Positions 41,111 to 53,599 of a stretch of 64,000 nucleotides of DNA are shown in pieces; the first letter of the stretch is position 1, and each line of letters begins with the position of its first letter. The notes below the pieces were generated by a model. It was given only the letters and a program-made list of their open reading frames with translations. It was not told where the DNA came from and ran no database searches. A program made the translations under genes and the position numbers. This stretch comes from Balanoglossus misakiensis (taxonomy: Eukaryota > Animalia > Hemichordata): assembly GCA_040954595.2 (NCBI GenBank), contig CM082595.2:705690-769689 (forward strand), given 5' to 3'.

Positions 41111-44100
41111 CCATGGTTTTTCTCAAAAAATGACCACATTTCGAAAATTCGCAAAGTCGAAAAATTGACATTTCTGGATGATTTTCATGAGCTATAACCC
41201 ATGGTTTTTGCCGAAAAACCACCAAATTTTGAAATTTCGCGAAGTCGAAAAATTGACATTTCTGGATGATTTTCATGAGCTATAACCCATGGTTTTTGTC
41301 GAAAAACCACCAAATTTTGAAATTTCGCGAAGTCGAAAAATTGACATTTCTGGATGATTTTCATGAGCTATAACCCATGGTTTTTGTCGAAAAACCACCA
41401 AATTTTGAAATTTCGCGAAGTCGAAAAATTGACATTTCTGGATGATTTTCATGAGCTATAACCCATGGTTTTTGTCGAAAAACCACCAAATTTTGAAATT
41501 TCGCGAAGTCGAAAAATTGACATTTCTGGATGATTTTCATGAGCTATAACCCATGGTTTTTGTCGAAAAACCACCAAATTTTGAAATTTCGCGAAGTCGA
41601 AAAATTGACATTTCTGGATGATTTTCATGAGCTATAACCCATGGTTTTTGTCTAAAAACCACCAAATTTTGAAATTTCGCGAAGTCGAAAAATTGACATT
41701 TCTGGATGATTTTCATGAGCTATAACCCATGGTTTTTGTCGAAAAACCACCAAATTTTGAAATTTCGCGAAGTCGAAAAATTGACATTTCTGGATGATTT
41801 TCATGAGCTATAACCCATGGTTTTTGTCTAAAAACCACCAAATTTTGAAATTTCGCGAAGTCGAAAAATTGACATTTCTGGATGATTTTCATGAGCTATA
41901 ACCCATGGTTTTTCTCGAAAAACCACCAAATTTTGAAATTTCGCGAAGTCGAAAAATTGACATTTCTGGATGATTTTCATGAGCTATAACCCATGGTTTT
42001 TCTCGAAAAACCACCAAATTTTGAAATTTTGCGAAGTCGAAAAATTGACATTTCTGGATGATTTTCATGAGCTATAACCCATGGTTTTTGTCGAAAAACC
42101 ACCAAATTTTGAAATTTCGCGAAGTCGAAAAATTGACATTTCTGGATGATTTTCATGAGCTATAACCCATGGTTTTTGTCGAAAAACCACCAAATTTTGA
42201 AATTTCGCGAAGTCGAAAAATTGACATTTCTGGATGATTTTCATGAGCTATAACCCATGGTTTTTGTCGAAAAACCACCAAATTGTGAAATTTCGCGAAG
42301 TCGAAAAATTGACATTTCTGGATGATTTTCATGAGCTATAACCCATGGTTTTTGTCGAAAAACCACCAAATTTTGAAATTTCGCGAAGTCGAAAAATTGA
42401 CATTTCTGGATGATTTTCATGAGCTATAACCCATGGTTTTTGTCGAATAACCACCAAATTTTGAAATTTCGCGAAGTCGAAAAATTGACATTTCTGGATG
42501 ATTTTCATGAGCTATAACCCATGGTTTTTGCCGAAAAACCACCAAATTTTGAAATTTCGCGAAGTCGAAAAATTGACATTTCTGGATGATTTTCATGAGC
42601 TATAACCCATGGTTTTTGTCGAAAAACCACCAAATTTTGAAATTTCGCGAAGTCGAAAAATTGACATTTCTGGATGATTTTCATGAGCTATAACCCATGG
42701 TTTTTGTCGAAAAACCACCAAATTTTGAAATTTCGCGAAGTCGAAAAATTGACATTTCTGGATGATTTTCATGAGCTATAACCCATGGTTTTTGTCGAAA
42801 AACCACCAAATTTCGAAAATCCGCAAAGTCGAAAAATTGTCATTTCTGGGTGATTTTCATGAGCTATAACCCATGGTTTTTCTCGAAAAATCACCAAATT
42901 TCGAAAATCCGCAAAGTCGAAAAATTGTCATTTCTGGGTGATTTTCATGAGCTATAACCCATGGTTTTTCTCGAAAAATCACCAAATTTCGAAAATCCGC
43001 AAAGTCGAAAAATTGTCATTTCTGGGTGATTTTCATGAGCTATAACCCATGGTTTTTGTCGAAAAACCACCAAATTTTGAAATTTCGCGAAGTCGAAAAA
43101 TTGACATTTCTGGATGATTTTCATGAGCTATAACCCATGGTTTTTGTCGAAAAACCACCAAATTTTGAAATTTCGCGAAGTCGAAAAATTGACATTTCTG
43201 GATGATTTTCATGAGCTATAACCCATGGTTTTTGTCGAAAAACCACCAAATTTTGAAATTTCGCGAAGTCGAAAAATTGACATTTCTGGATGATTTTCAT
43301 GAGCTATAACCCATGGTTTTTGTCGAAAAACCACCAAATTTTGAAATTTCGCGAAGTCGAAAAATTGACATTTCTGGATGATTTTCATGAGCTATAACCC
43401 ATGGTTTTTGTCGAAAAACCACCAAATTTTGAAATTTCGCGAAGTCGAAAAATTGACATTTCTGGATGATTTTCATGAGCTATAACCCATGGTTTTTGTC
43501 GAAAAATCACCAAATTTCGAAAATCCGCGAAGTCGAAAAATTGTCATTTCTGGGTGATTTTCATGAGCTATAACCCATGGTTTTTCTCGAAAAATCACCA
43601 AATTTCGAAAATCCGCAAAGTCGAAAAATTGTCATTTCTGGGTGATTTTCATGAGCTATAACCCATGGTTTTTCTCGAAAAATCACCAAATTTCGAAAAT
43701 CCGCGAAGTCGAAAAATTGTCATTTCTGGGTGATTTTCATGAGCTATAACCCATGGTTTTTCTCGAAAAACCACCAAATTTGGAAATTTCGCGAAGTCGA
43801 AAAATTGACATTTCTGGATGATTTTCATGAGCTATAACCCATGGTTTTTGTCTAAAAACCACCAAATTTTGAAATTTCGCGAAGTCGAAAAATTGACATT
43901 TCTGCATGATTTTCATGAGCTATAACCCATGGTTTTTGTCGAAAAACCACCAAATTTTGAAATTTCGCGAAGTCGAAAAATTGACATTTCTGGATGATTT
44001 TCATGAGCTATAACCCATGGTTTTTCTCGAAAAATCACCAAATTTCGAAAATCCGCAAAGTCGAAAAATTGTCATTTCTGGGTGATTTTCATGAGCTATA

Positions 44101-44353
44101 ACCCATGGTTTTTCTCGAAAAATCACCAAATTTCGAAAATCCGCAAAGTCGAAAAATTGTCATTTCTGGGTGATTTTCATGAGCTATAACCCATGGTTTT
44201 TCTCGAAAAATCACCAAATTTCGAAAATCCGCAAAGTCGAAAAATTGTCATTTCTGGGTGATTTTCATGAGCTATAACCCATGGTTTTTCTCGAAAAATC
44301 ACCAAATTTCGAAAATCCGCAAAGTCGAAAAATTGTCATTTCTGGGTGATTTT
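41108..44353 (+). repeat. Satellite A block 1, about 37 x 88 bp (subtypes A1 and A2 intermixed)
   Basis: 88-bp period (GCTATAACCC at 41191, 41279, 41367). A2 subtype (TTTCGAAAATCCGCAAAG, TTGTCATTTCTGGGTG) appears from about 42810. Confidence 0.95.
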
Positions 44354-47300
44354 ACAAAAATCATGGGTTATAGCCCATGATTTTCATCAAAAAATCACAA
44401 TTTTCCGACTTTTTTAATTTTCAAAATTTGGCCATTTTTCACAAAAATCATGGGTTATAGCCCATGATTTTCATCGAAAAATCACAATTTTCCGACTTTT
44501 TTAATTTTCAAAATTTGGCCATTTTTCACAAAAATCATGGGTTATAGCCCATGATTTTCATCGAAAAATCACAATTTTCCGACTTTTTTAATTTTCAAAA
44601 TTTGGCCATTTTTCACAAAAATCATGGGTTATAGCCCATGATTTTCATCGAAAAATCACAATTTTCCGACTTTTTTAATTTTCAAAATTTGGCCATTTTT
44701 CACAAAAATCATGGGTTATAGCCCATGATTTTCATCGAAAAATCACAATTTTCCGACTTTTTTAATTTTCAAAATTTGGCCATTTTTCACAAAAATCATG
44801 GGTTATAGCCCATGATTTTCATCGAAAAATCACAATTTTCCGACTTTTTTAATTTTCAAAATTTGGCCATTTTTCACAAAAATCATGGGTTATAGCCCAT
44901 GATTTTCATCGAAAAATCACAATTTTCCGACTTTTTTAATTTTCAAAATTTGGCCATTTTTCACAAAAATCATGGGTTATAGCCCATGATTTTCATCGAA
45001 AAATCACAATTTTCCGACTTTTTTAATTTTCAAAATTTGGCCATTTTTCACAAAAATCATGGGTTATAGCCCATGAAAATCATCAAAAAATCACAATTTT
45101 CCGACTTTTTTAATTTTCAAAATTTGGCCATTTTTCACAAAAATCATGGGTTATAGCCCATGATTTTCCTCAAAAAATCACAATTTTCCGACTTTTTTAA
45201 TTTTCAAAATTTGGCCATTTTTCACAAAAATCATGGGTTATAGCCCATGATTTTCATCGAAAAATCACAATTTTCCGACTTTTTTAATTTTCAAAATTTG
45301 GCCATTTTTCACAAAAATCATGGGTTATAGCCCATGACTTTTTTATCGAAAAATCACAATTTTCCGACTTTTTTAATTTTCAAAATTTGGCCATTTTTCA
45401 CAAAAATCATGGGTTATAGCCCATGATTTTCATCGAAAAATCACAATTTTCCGACTTTTTTAATTTTCAAAATTTGGCCATTTTTCACAAAAATCATGGC
45501 TTATAGCCCATGATTTTCATCGAAAAATCACAATTTTCCGACTTTTTTAATTTTCAAAATTTGGCCATTTTTCACAAAAATCATGGCTTATAGCCCATGA
45601 TTTTCATCGAAAAATCACAATTTTCCGACTTTTTTAATTTTCAAAATTTGGCCATTTTTCACAAAAATCATGGCTTATAGCCCATGATTTTCATCGAAAA
45701 ATCACAATTTTCCGACTTTTTTAATTTTCAAAATTTGGCCATTTTTCACAAAAATCATGGGTTATAGCCCATGATTTTCATCGAAAAATCACAATTTTCC
45801 GACTTTTTTAATTTTCAAAATTTGGCCATTTTTCACAAAAATCATGGGTTATAGCCCATGATTTTCATCGAAAAATCACAATTTTCCGACTTTTTTAATT
45901 TTCAAAATTTGGCCATTTTTCACAAAAATCATGGGTTATAGCCCATGATTTTCATCGAAAAATCACAATTTTCCGACTTTTTTAATTTTCAAAATTTGGC
46001 CATTTTTCACAAAAATCATGGGTTATAGACCATGATTTTCATCGAAAAATCACAATTTTCCGACTTTTTTAATTTTCAAAATTTGGCCATTTTTCACAAA
46101 AATCATGGGTTATAGCCCATGATTTTCATCGAAAAATCACAATTTTCCGACTTTTTTAATTTTCAAAATTTGGCCATTTTTCACAAAAATCATGGGTTAT
46201 AGACCATGATTTTCATCGAAAAATCACAATTTTCCAACTTTTTTAATTTTCAAAATTTGGCCATTTTTCACAAAAATCATGGGTTATAGCCCATGATTTT
46301 CATCGAAAAATCACAATTTTCCGACTTTTTTAATTTTCAAAATTTGGCCATTTTTCACAAAAATCATGGGTTATAGCCCATGATTTTCATCGAAAAATCA
46401 CAATTTTCCGACTTTTTTAATTTTCAAAATTTGGCCATTTTTCACAAAAATCATGGGTTATAGCCCATGATTTTCATCGAAAAATCACAATTTTCCGACT
46501 TTTTTAATTTTCAAAATTTGGCCATTTTTTCACAAAAATCATGGGTTATAGCCCATGATTTTCATCGAAAAATCACAATTTTCCGACTTTTTTAATTTTC
46601 AAAATTTGGCCATTTTTCACAAAAATCATGGGTTATAGACCATGATTTTCATCGAAAAATCACAATTTTCCGACTTTTTTAATTTTCAAAATTTGGCCAT
46701 TTTTCACAAAAATCATGGGTTATAGCCCATGATTTTCATCGAAAAATCACAATTTTCCGACTTTTTTAATTTTCAAAATTTGGCCATTTTTCACAAAAAT
46801 CATGGGTTATAGCCCATGATTTTCATCGAAAAATCACAATTTTCCGACTTTTTTAATTTTCAAAATTTGGCCATTTTTCACAAAAATCATGGGTTATAGC
46901 CCATGATTTTCATCGAAAAATCACAATTTTCCGACTTTTTTAATTTTCAAAATTTGGCCATTTTTCACAAAAATCATGGGTTATAGCCCATGATTTTCAT
47001 CGAAAAATCACAATTTTCCGACTTTTTTAATTTTCAAAATTTGGCCATTTTTCACAAAAATCATGGGTTATAGCCCATGATTTTCATCGAAAAATCACAA
47101 TTTTCCGACTTTTTTAATTTTCAAAATTTGGCCATTTTTCACAAAAATCATGGGTTATAGCCCATGATTTTCATCGAAAAATCACAATTTTCCGACTTTT
47201 TTAATTTTCAAAATTTGGCCATTTTTCACAAAAATCATGGGTTATAGCCCATGATTTTCATCAAAAAATCACAATTTTCCGACTTTTTTAATTTTCAAAA

Positions 47301-50300
47301 TTTGGCCATTTTTCACAAAAATCATGGGTTATAGCCCATGATTTTCATCGAAAAATCACAATTTTCCGACTTTTTTAATTTTCAAAATTTGGCCATTTTT
47401 CACAAAAATCATGGGTTATAGCCCATGATTTTCATCGAAAAATCACAATTTTCCGACTTTTTTAATTTTCAAAATTTGGCCATTTTTCACAAAAATCATG
47501 AGTTATAGCCCATGATTTTCATCGAAAAATCACAATTTTCCGACTTTTTTAATTTTCAAAATTTGGCCATTTTTCACAAAAATCATGGGTTATAGCCCAT
47601 GATTTTCATCGAAAAATCACAATTTTCCGACTTTTTTAATTTTCAAAATTTGGCCATTTTTCACAAAAATCATGGGTTATAGCCCATGATTTTCATCGAA
47701 AAATCACAATTTTCCGACTTTTTTAATTTTCAAAATTTGGCCATTTTTCACAAAAATCATGGGTTATAGACCATGATTTTCATCGAAAAATCACAATTTT
47801 CCGACTTTTTTAATTTTCAAAATTTGGCCATTTTTCACAAAAATCATGGGTTATAGCCCATGATTTTCATCGAAAAATCACAATTTTCCGACTTTTTTAA
47901 TTTTCAAAATTTGGCCATTTTTCACAAAAATCATGGGTTATAGCCCATGATTTTCATCGAAAAATCACAATTTTCCGACTTTTTTAATTTTCAAAATTTG
48001 GCCATTTTTCACAAAAATCATGGGTTATAGCCCATGATTTTCATCGAAAAATCACAATTTTCCGACTTTTTAATTTTCAAAATTTGGCCATTTTTTCACA
48101 AAAATCATGGCTTATAGCCCATGATTTTCATCGAAAAATCACAATTTTCCGACTTTTTTAATTTTCAAAATTTGGCCATTTTTCACAAAAATCATGGGTT
48201 ATAGACCATGATTTTCATCGAAAAATCACAATTTTCCGACTTTTTTAATTTTCAAAATTTGGCCATTTTTCACAAAAATCATGGGTTATAGCCCATGATT
48301 TTCATCGAAAAATCACAATTTTCCGACTTTTTTAATTTTCAAAATTTGGCCATTTTTCACAAAAATCATGGGTTATAGCCCATGATTTTCATCGAAAAAT
48401 CACAATTTTCCGACTTTTTTAATTTTCAAAATTTGGCCATTTTTCACAAAAATCATGGGTTATAGCCCATGATTTTCATCGAAAAATCACAATTTTCCGA
48501 CTTTTTTAATTTTCAAAATTTGGCCATTTTTCACAAAAATCATGGGTTATAGCCCATGATTTTCATCGAAAAATCACAATTTTCCGACTTTTTTAATTTT
48601 CAAAATTTGGCCATTTTTCACAAAAATCATGGGTTATAGCCCATGATTTTCATCGAAAAATCACAATTTTCCGACTTTTTTAATTTTCAAAATTTGGCCA
48701 TTTTTCACAAAAATCATGGGTTATAGCCCATGATATTCATCGAAAAATCACAATTTTCCGACTTTTTTAATTTTCAAAATTTGGCCATTTTTCACAAAAA
48801 TCATGGGTTATAGCCCATGATTTTCATCGAAAAATCACAATTTTCCGACTTTTTTAATTTTCAAAATTTGGCCATTTTTCACAAAAATCATGGGTTATAG
48901 CCCATGATTTTCATCGAAAAATCACAATTTTCCGACTTTTTTAATTTTCAAAATTTGGCCATTTTTCACAAAAATCATGGGTTATAGCCCATGATTTTCA
49001 TCAAAAAATCACAATTTTCCGACTTTTTTAATTTTCAAAATTTGGCCATTTTTCACAAAAATCATGGGTTATAGCCCATGATTTTCATCAAAAAATCACA
49101 ATTTTCCGACTTTTTTAATTTTCAAAATTTGGCCATTTTTCACAAAAATCATGGGTTATAGCCCATGATTTTCATCGAAAAATCACAATTTTCCGACTTT
49201 TTTAATTTTCAAAATTTGGCCATTTTTCACAAAAATCATGGGTTATAGCCCATGATTTTCATCGAAAAATCACAATTTTCCGACTTTTTTAATTTTCAAA
49301 ATTTGGCCATTTTTCACAAAAATCATGAGTTATAGCCCATGATTTTCATCGAAAAATCACAATTTTCCGACTTTTTTAATTTTCAAAATTTGGCCATTTT
49401 TCACAAAAATCATGGGTTATAGCCCATGATTTTCATCGAAAAATCACAATTTTCCGACTTTTTTAATTTTCAAAATTTGGCCATTTTTCACAAAAATCAT
49501 GGGTTATAGCCCATGATTTTCATCGAAAAATCACAATTTTCCGACTTTTTTAATTTTCAAAATTTGGCCATTTTTCACAAAAATCATGGGTTATAGCCCA
49601 TGATTTTCATCGAAAAATCACAATTTTCCGACTTTTTTAATTTTCAAAATTTGGCCATTTTTCACAAAAATCATGGGTTATAGCCCATGATTTTCATCGA
49701 AAAATCACAATTTTCCGACTTTTTTAATTTTCAAAATTTGGCCATTTTTCACAAAAATCATGGGTTATAGCCCATGATTTTCATCGAAAAATCATAATTG
49801 TCCGACTTTTTTAATTTTCAAAATTTGGCCATTTTTCACAAAAATCATGGGTTATAGCCCATGATTTTCATCGAAAAATCACAATTTTCCGACTTTTTTA
49901 ATTTTCAAAATTTGGCCATTTTTCACAAAAATCATGGGTTATAGCCCATGATTTTCATCGAAAAATCACAATTTTCCGACTTTTTTAATTTTTAAAATTT
50001 GGCCATTTTTCACAAAAATCATGGGTTATAGCCCATGAAAATCATCAAAAAATCACAATTTTCCGACTTTTTTAATTTTCAAAATTTGGCCATTTTTCAC
50101 AAAAATCATGGGTTATAGCCCATGATTTTCATCGAAAAATCACAATTGTCCGACTTTTTTAATTTTCAAAATTTGGCCATTTTTCACAAAAATCATGGGT
50201 TATAGCCCATGATTTTCATCAAAAAATCACAATTTTCCGACTTTTTTAATTTTCAAAATTTGGCCATTTTTCACAAAAATCATGGGTTATAGCCCATGAT

Positions 50301-52268
50301 TTTCATCGAAAAATCACAATTTTCCGACTTTTTTAATTTTCAAAATTTGGCCATTTTTCACAAAAATCATGGGTTATAGCCCATGATTTTCATCGAAAAA
50401 TCACAATTTTCCGACTTTTTTAATTTTCAAAATTTGGCCATTTTTCACAAAAATCATGGGTTATAGCCCATGATTTTCATCGAAAAATCACAATTTTCCG
50501 ACTTTTTTAATTTTCAAAATTTGGCCATTTTTCACAAAAATCATGGGTTATAGCCCATGATTTTCATCGAAAAATCACAATTTTCCGACTTTTTTAATTT
50601 TCAAAATTTGGCCATTTTTCACAAAAATCATGGGTTATAGCCCATGATTTTCATCAAAAAATCACAATTTTCCGACTTTTTTAATTTTCAAAATTTGGCC
50701 ATTTTTCACAAAAATCATGGGTTATAGCCCATGATTTTCATCGAAAAATCACAATTGTCCGACTTTTTTAATTTTCAAAATTTGGCCATTTTTCACAAAA
50801 ATCATGGGTTATAGCCCATGATTTTCATCGAAAAATCACAATTTTCCGACTTTTTTAATTTTCAAAATTTGGCCATTTTTCACAAAAATCATGGGTTATA
50901 GCCCATGATTTTCATCGAAAAATCACAATTTTCCGACTTTTTTAATTTTCAAAATTTGGCCATTTTTCACAAAAATCATGGGTTATAGCCCATGATTTTC
51001 CTCAAAAAATCACAATTTTCCGACTTTTTTAATTTTCAAAATTTGGCCATTTTTCACAAAAATCATGGGTTATAGCCCATGATTTTCATCAAAAAATCAC
51101 AATTTTCCGACTTTTTTAATTTTCAAAATTTGGCCATTTTTCACAAAAATCATGGGTTATAGCCCATGATTTTCATCGAAAAATCACAATTTTCCGACTT
51201 TTTTAATTTTCAAAATTTGGCCATTTTTCACAAAAATCATGGGTTATAGCCCATGATTTTCATCGAAAAATCACAATTTTCCGACTTTTTTAATTTTCAA
51301 AATTTGGCCATTTTTCACAAAAATCATGGGTTATAGCCCATGATTTTCATCGAAAAATCACAATTTTCCGACTTTTTTAATTTTCAAAATTTGGCCATTT
51401 TTCACAAAAATCACGGGTTATAGCCCATGATTTTCATCGAAAAATCACAATTTTCCGACTTTTTTAATTTTCAAAATTTGGCCATTTTTCACAAAAATCA
51501 TGGGTTATAGCCCATGATTTTCATCAAAAATCACAATTTTCCGACTTTTTTAATTTTCAAAATTTGGCCATTTTTCACAAAAATCATGGGTTATAGCCCA
51601 TGATTTTCATCGAAAAATCACAATTTTCCGACTTTTTTAATTTTCAAAATTTGGCCATTTTTCACAAAAATCATGGGTTATAGCCCATGATTTTCATCGA
51701 AAAATCACAATTTTCCGACTTTTTTAATTTTCAAAATTTGGCCATTTTTCACAAAAATCATGGGTTATAGCCCATGATTTTCATCGAAAAATCACAATTT
51801 TCCGACTTTTTTAATTTTCAAAATTTGGCCATTTTTCACAAAAATCATGGGTTATAGCCCATGATTTTCATCGAAAAATCACAATTTTCCGACTTTTTTA
51901 ATTTTCAAAATTTGGCCATTTTTCACAAAAATCATGGGTTATAGCCCATGATTTTCATCAAAAAATCACAATTTTCCGACTTTTTTAATTTTCAAAATTT
52001 GGCCATTTTTCACAAAAATCATGGGTTATAGCCCATGATTTTCATCAAAAAATCACAATTTTCCGACTTTTTTAATTTTCAAAATTTGTCCATTTTTCAC
52101 AAAAATCATGGGTTATAGCCCATGATTTTCATCGAAAAATCACAATTTTCCGACTTTTTTAATTTTCAAAATTTGGCCATTTTTCACAAAAATCATGGGT
52201 TATAGCCCATGATTTTCATCAAAAAATCACAATTTTCCGACTTTTTTAATTTTCAAAATTTGGCCATT
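44354..52268 (-). repeat. Satellite B block 1, about 91 x 87 bp, inverted relative to A
   Basis: 87-bp period, highly homogeneous; starts at junction GGTGATTTT|ACAAAAATCATGGG and ends at TTTGGCCATT|linker. Confidence 0.95.
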
Positions 52269-52323
52269 CAGTCATCAACCCCTTCATCATCCTGTGTTTG
52301 TACGAGCCATACCGCAAATTTAA
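52269..52323 (+). other. 55-bp non-satellite linker at an inversion point (copy 1)
   Basis: CAGTCATCAACCCCTTCATCATCCTGTGTTTGTACGAGCCATACCGCAAATTTAA between oppositely oriented B arrays. Confidence 0.9.
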
Positions 52324-53599
52324 TTTGAAAATTAAAAAAGTCGGAAAATTGTGATTTTTTGATGAAAATCATGGGCTATAACCCATGATTTTTGTGAAAA
52401 ATGGCCAAATTTTGAAAATTAAAAAAGTCGGAAAATTGTGATTTTTTGATGAAAATCATGGGCTATAACCCATGATTTTTGTGAAAAATGGCCAAATTTT
52501 GAAAATTAAAAAAGTCGGAAAATTGTGATTTTTTGATGAAAATCATGGGCTATAACCCATGGTTTTTGTCGAAAAATCACCAAATTTCGAAAATCCGCGA
52601 AGTCGAAAAATTGTCATTTCTGGGTGATTTTCATGAGCTATAACCCATGGTTTTTCTCCAAAAATCACCAAATTTCGAAAATCCGCAAAGTCGAAAAATT
52701 GTCATTTCTGGATGATTTTCATGAGCTATAACCCATGGTTTTTCTCGAAAAATCACCAAATTTTGAAATTTCGCGAAGTCGAAAAATTGACATTTCTGGA
52801 TGATTTTCATGAGCTATAGCCCATGGTTTTTCTCGAAAAATCACCAAATTTCGAAAATCCGCAAAGTCGTAAAATTGTCATTTCTGGGTGATTTTCATGA
52901 GCTATAACCCATGGTTTTTCTCGAAAAATCACCAAATTTCGAAAATCCGCAAAGTCGAAAAATTGTCATTTCTGGGTGATTTTCATGAGCTATAACCCAT
53001 GGTTTTTCTCCAAAAATCACCAAATTTCGAAAATCCGCAAAGTCGAAAAATTGACATTTCTGGATGATTTTCATGAGCTATAACCCATGGTTTTTGTCGA
53101 AAAACCACCAAATTTTGAAATTTCGCGAAGTCGAAAAATTGACATTTCTGGATGATTTTCATGAGCTATAGCCCATGGTTTTTCTCGAAAAATCACCAAA
53201 TTTCGAAAATCCGCAAAGTCGTAAAATTGTCATTTCTGGGTGATTTTCATGAGCTATAACCCATGGTTTTTCTCGAAAAATCACCAAATTTCGAAAATCC
53301 GCAAAGTCGAAAAATTGTCATTTCTGGGTGATTTTCATGAGCTATAACCCATGGTTTTTCTCGAAAAATCACCAAATTTCGAAAATCCGCAAAGTCGAAA
53401 AATTGTCATTTCTGGGTGATTTTCATGAGCTATAACCCATGGTTTTTCTCGAAAAATCACCAAATTTCGAAAATCCGCAAAGTCGAAAAATTGTCATTTC
53501 TGGGTGATTTTCATGAGCTATAACCCATGGTTTTTCTCGAAAAATCACCAAATTTCGAAAATCCGCAAAGTCGAAAAATTGTCATTTCTGGGTGATTTT
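52324..53599 (+). repeat. About 2.7 B monomers (to about 52560) fused in register to about 12 A monomers
   Basis: Hybrid monomer GGGCTATAACCCATGGTTTTTGTCG at about 52547-52571; the block ends with the same GGTGATTTT|ACAAAAATC junction as 44353. Confidence 0.9.

Noticed and set aside
40799-41197. 132-aa plus-strand ORF
   Set aside because: Antisense shadow of the YHYH exon running into satellite.
41211-42531. 15-monomer higher-order repeat in the A array (TGCCG variant 1320 bp apart)
   Set aside because: Other variants (TGTCTA, TTCTCG) do not recur at the same offset.
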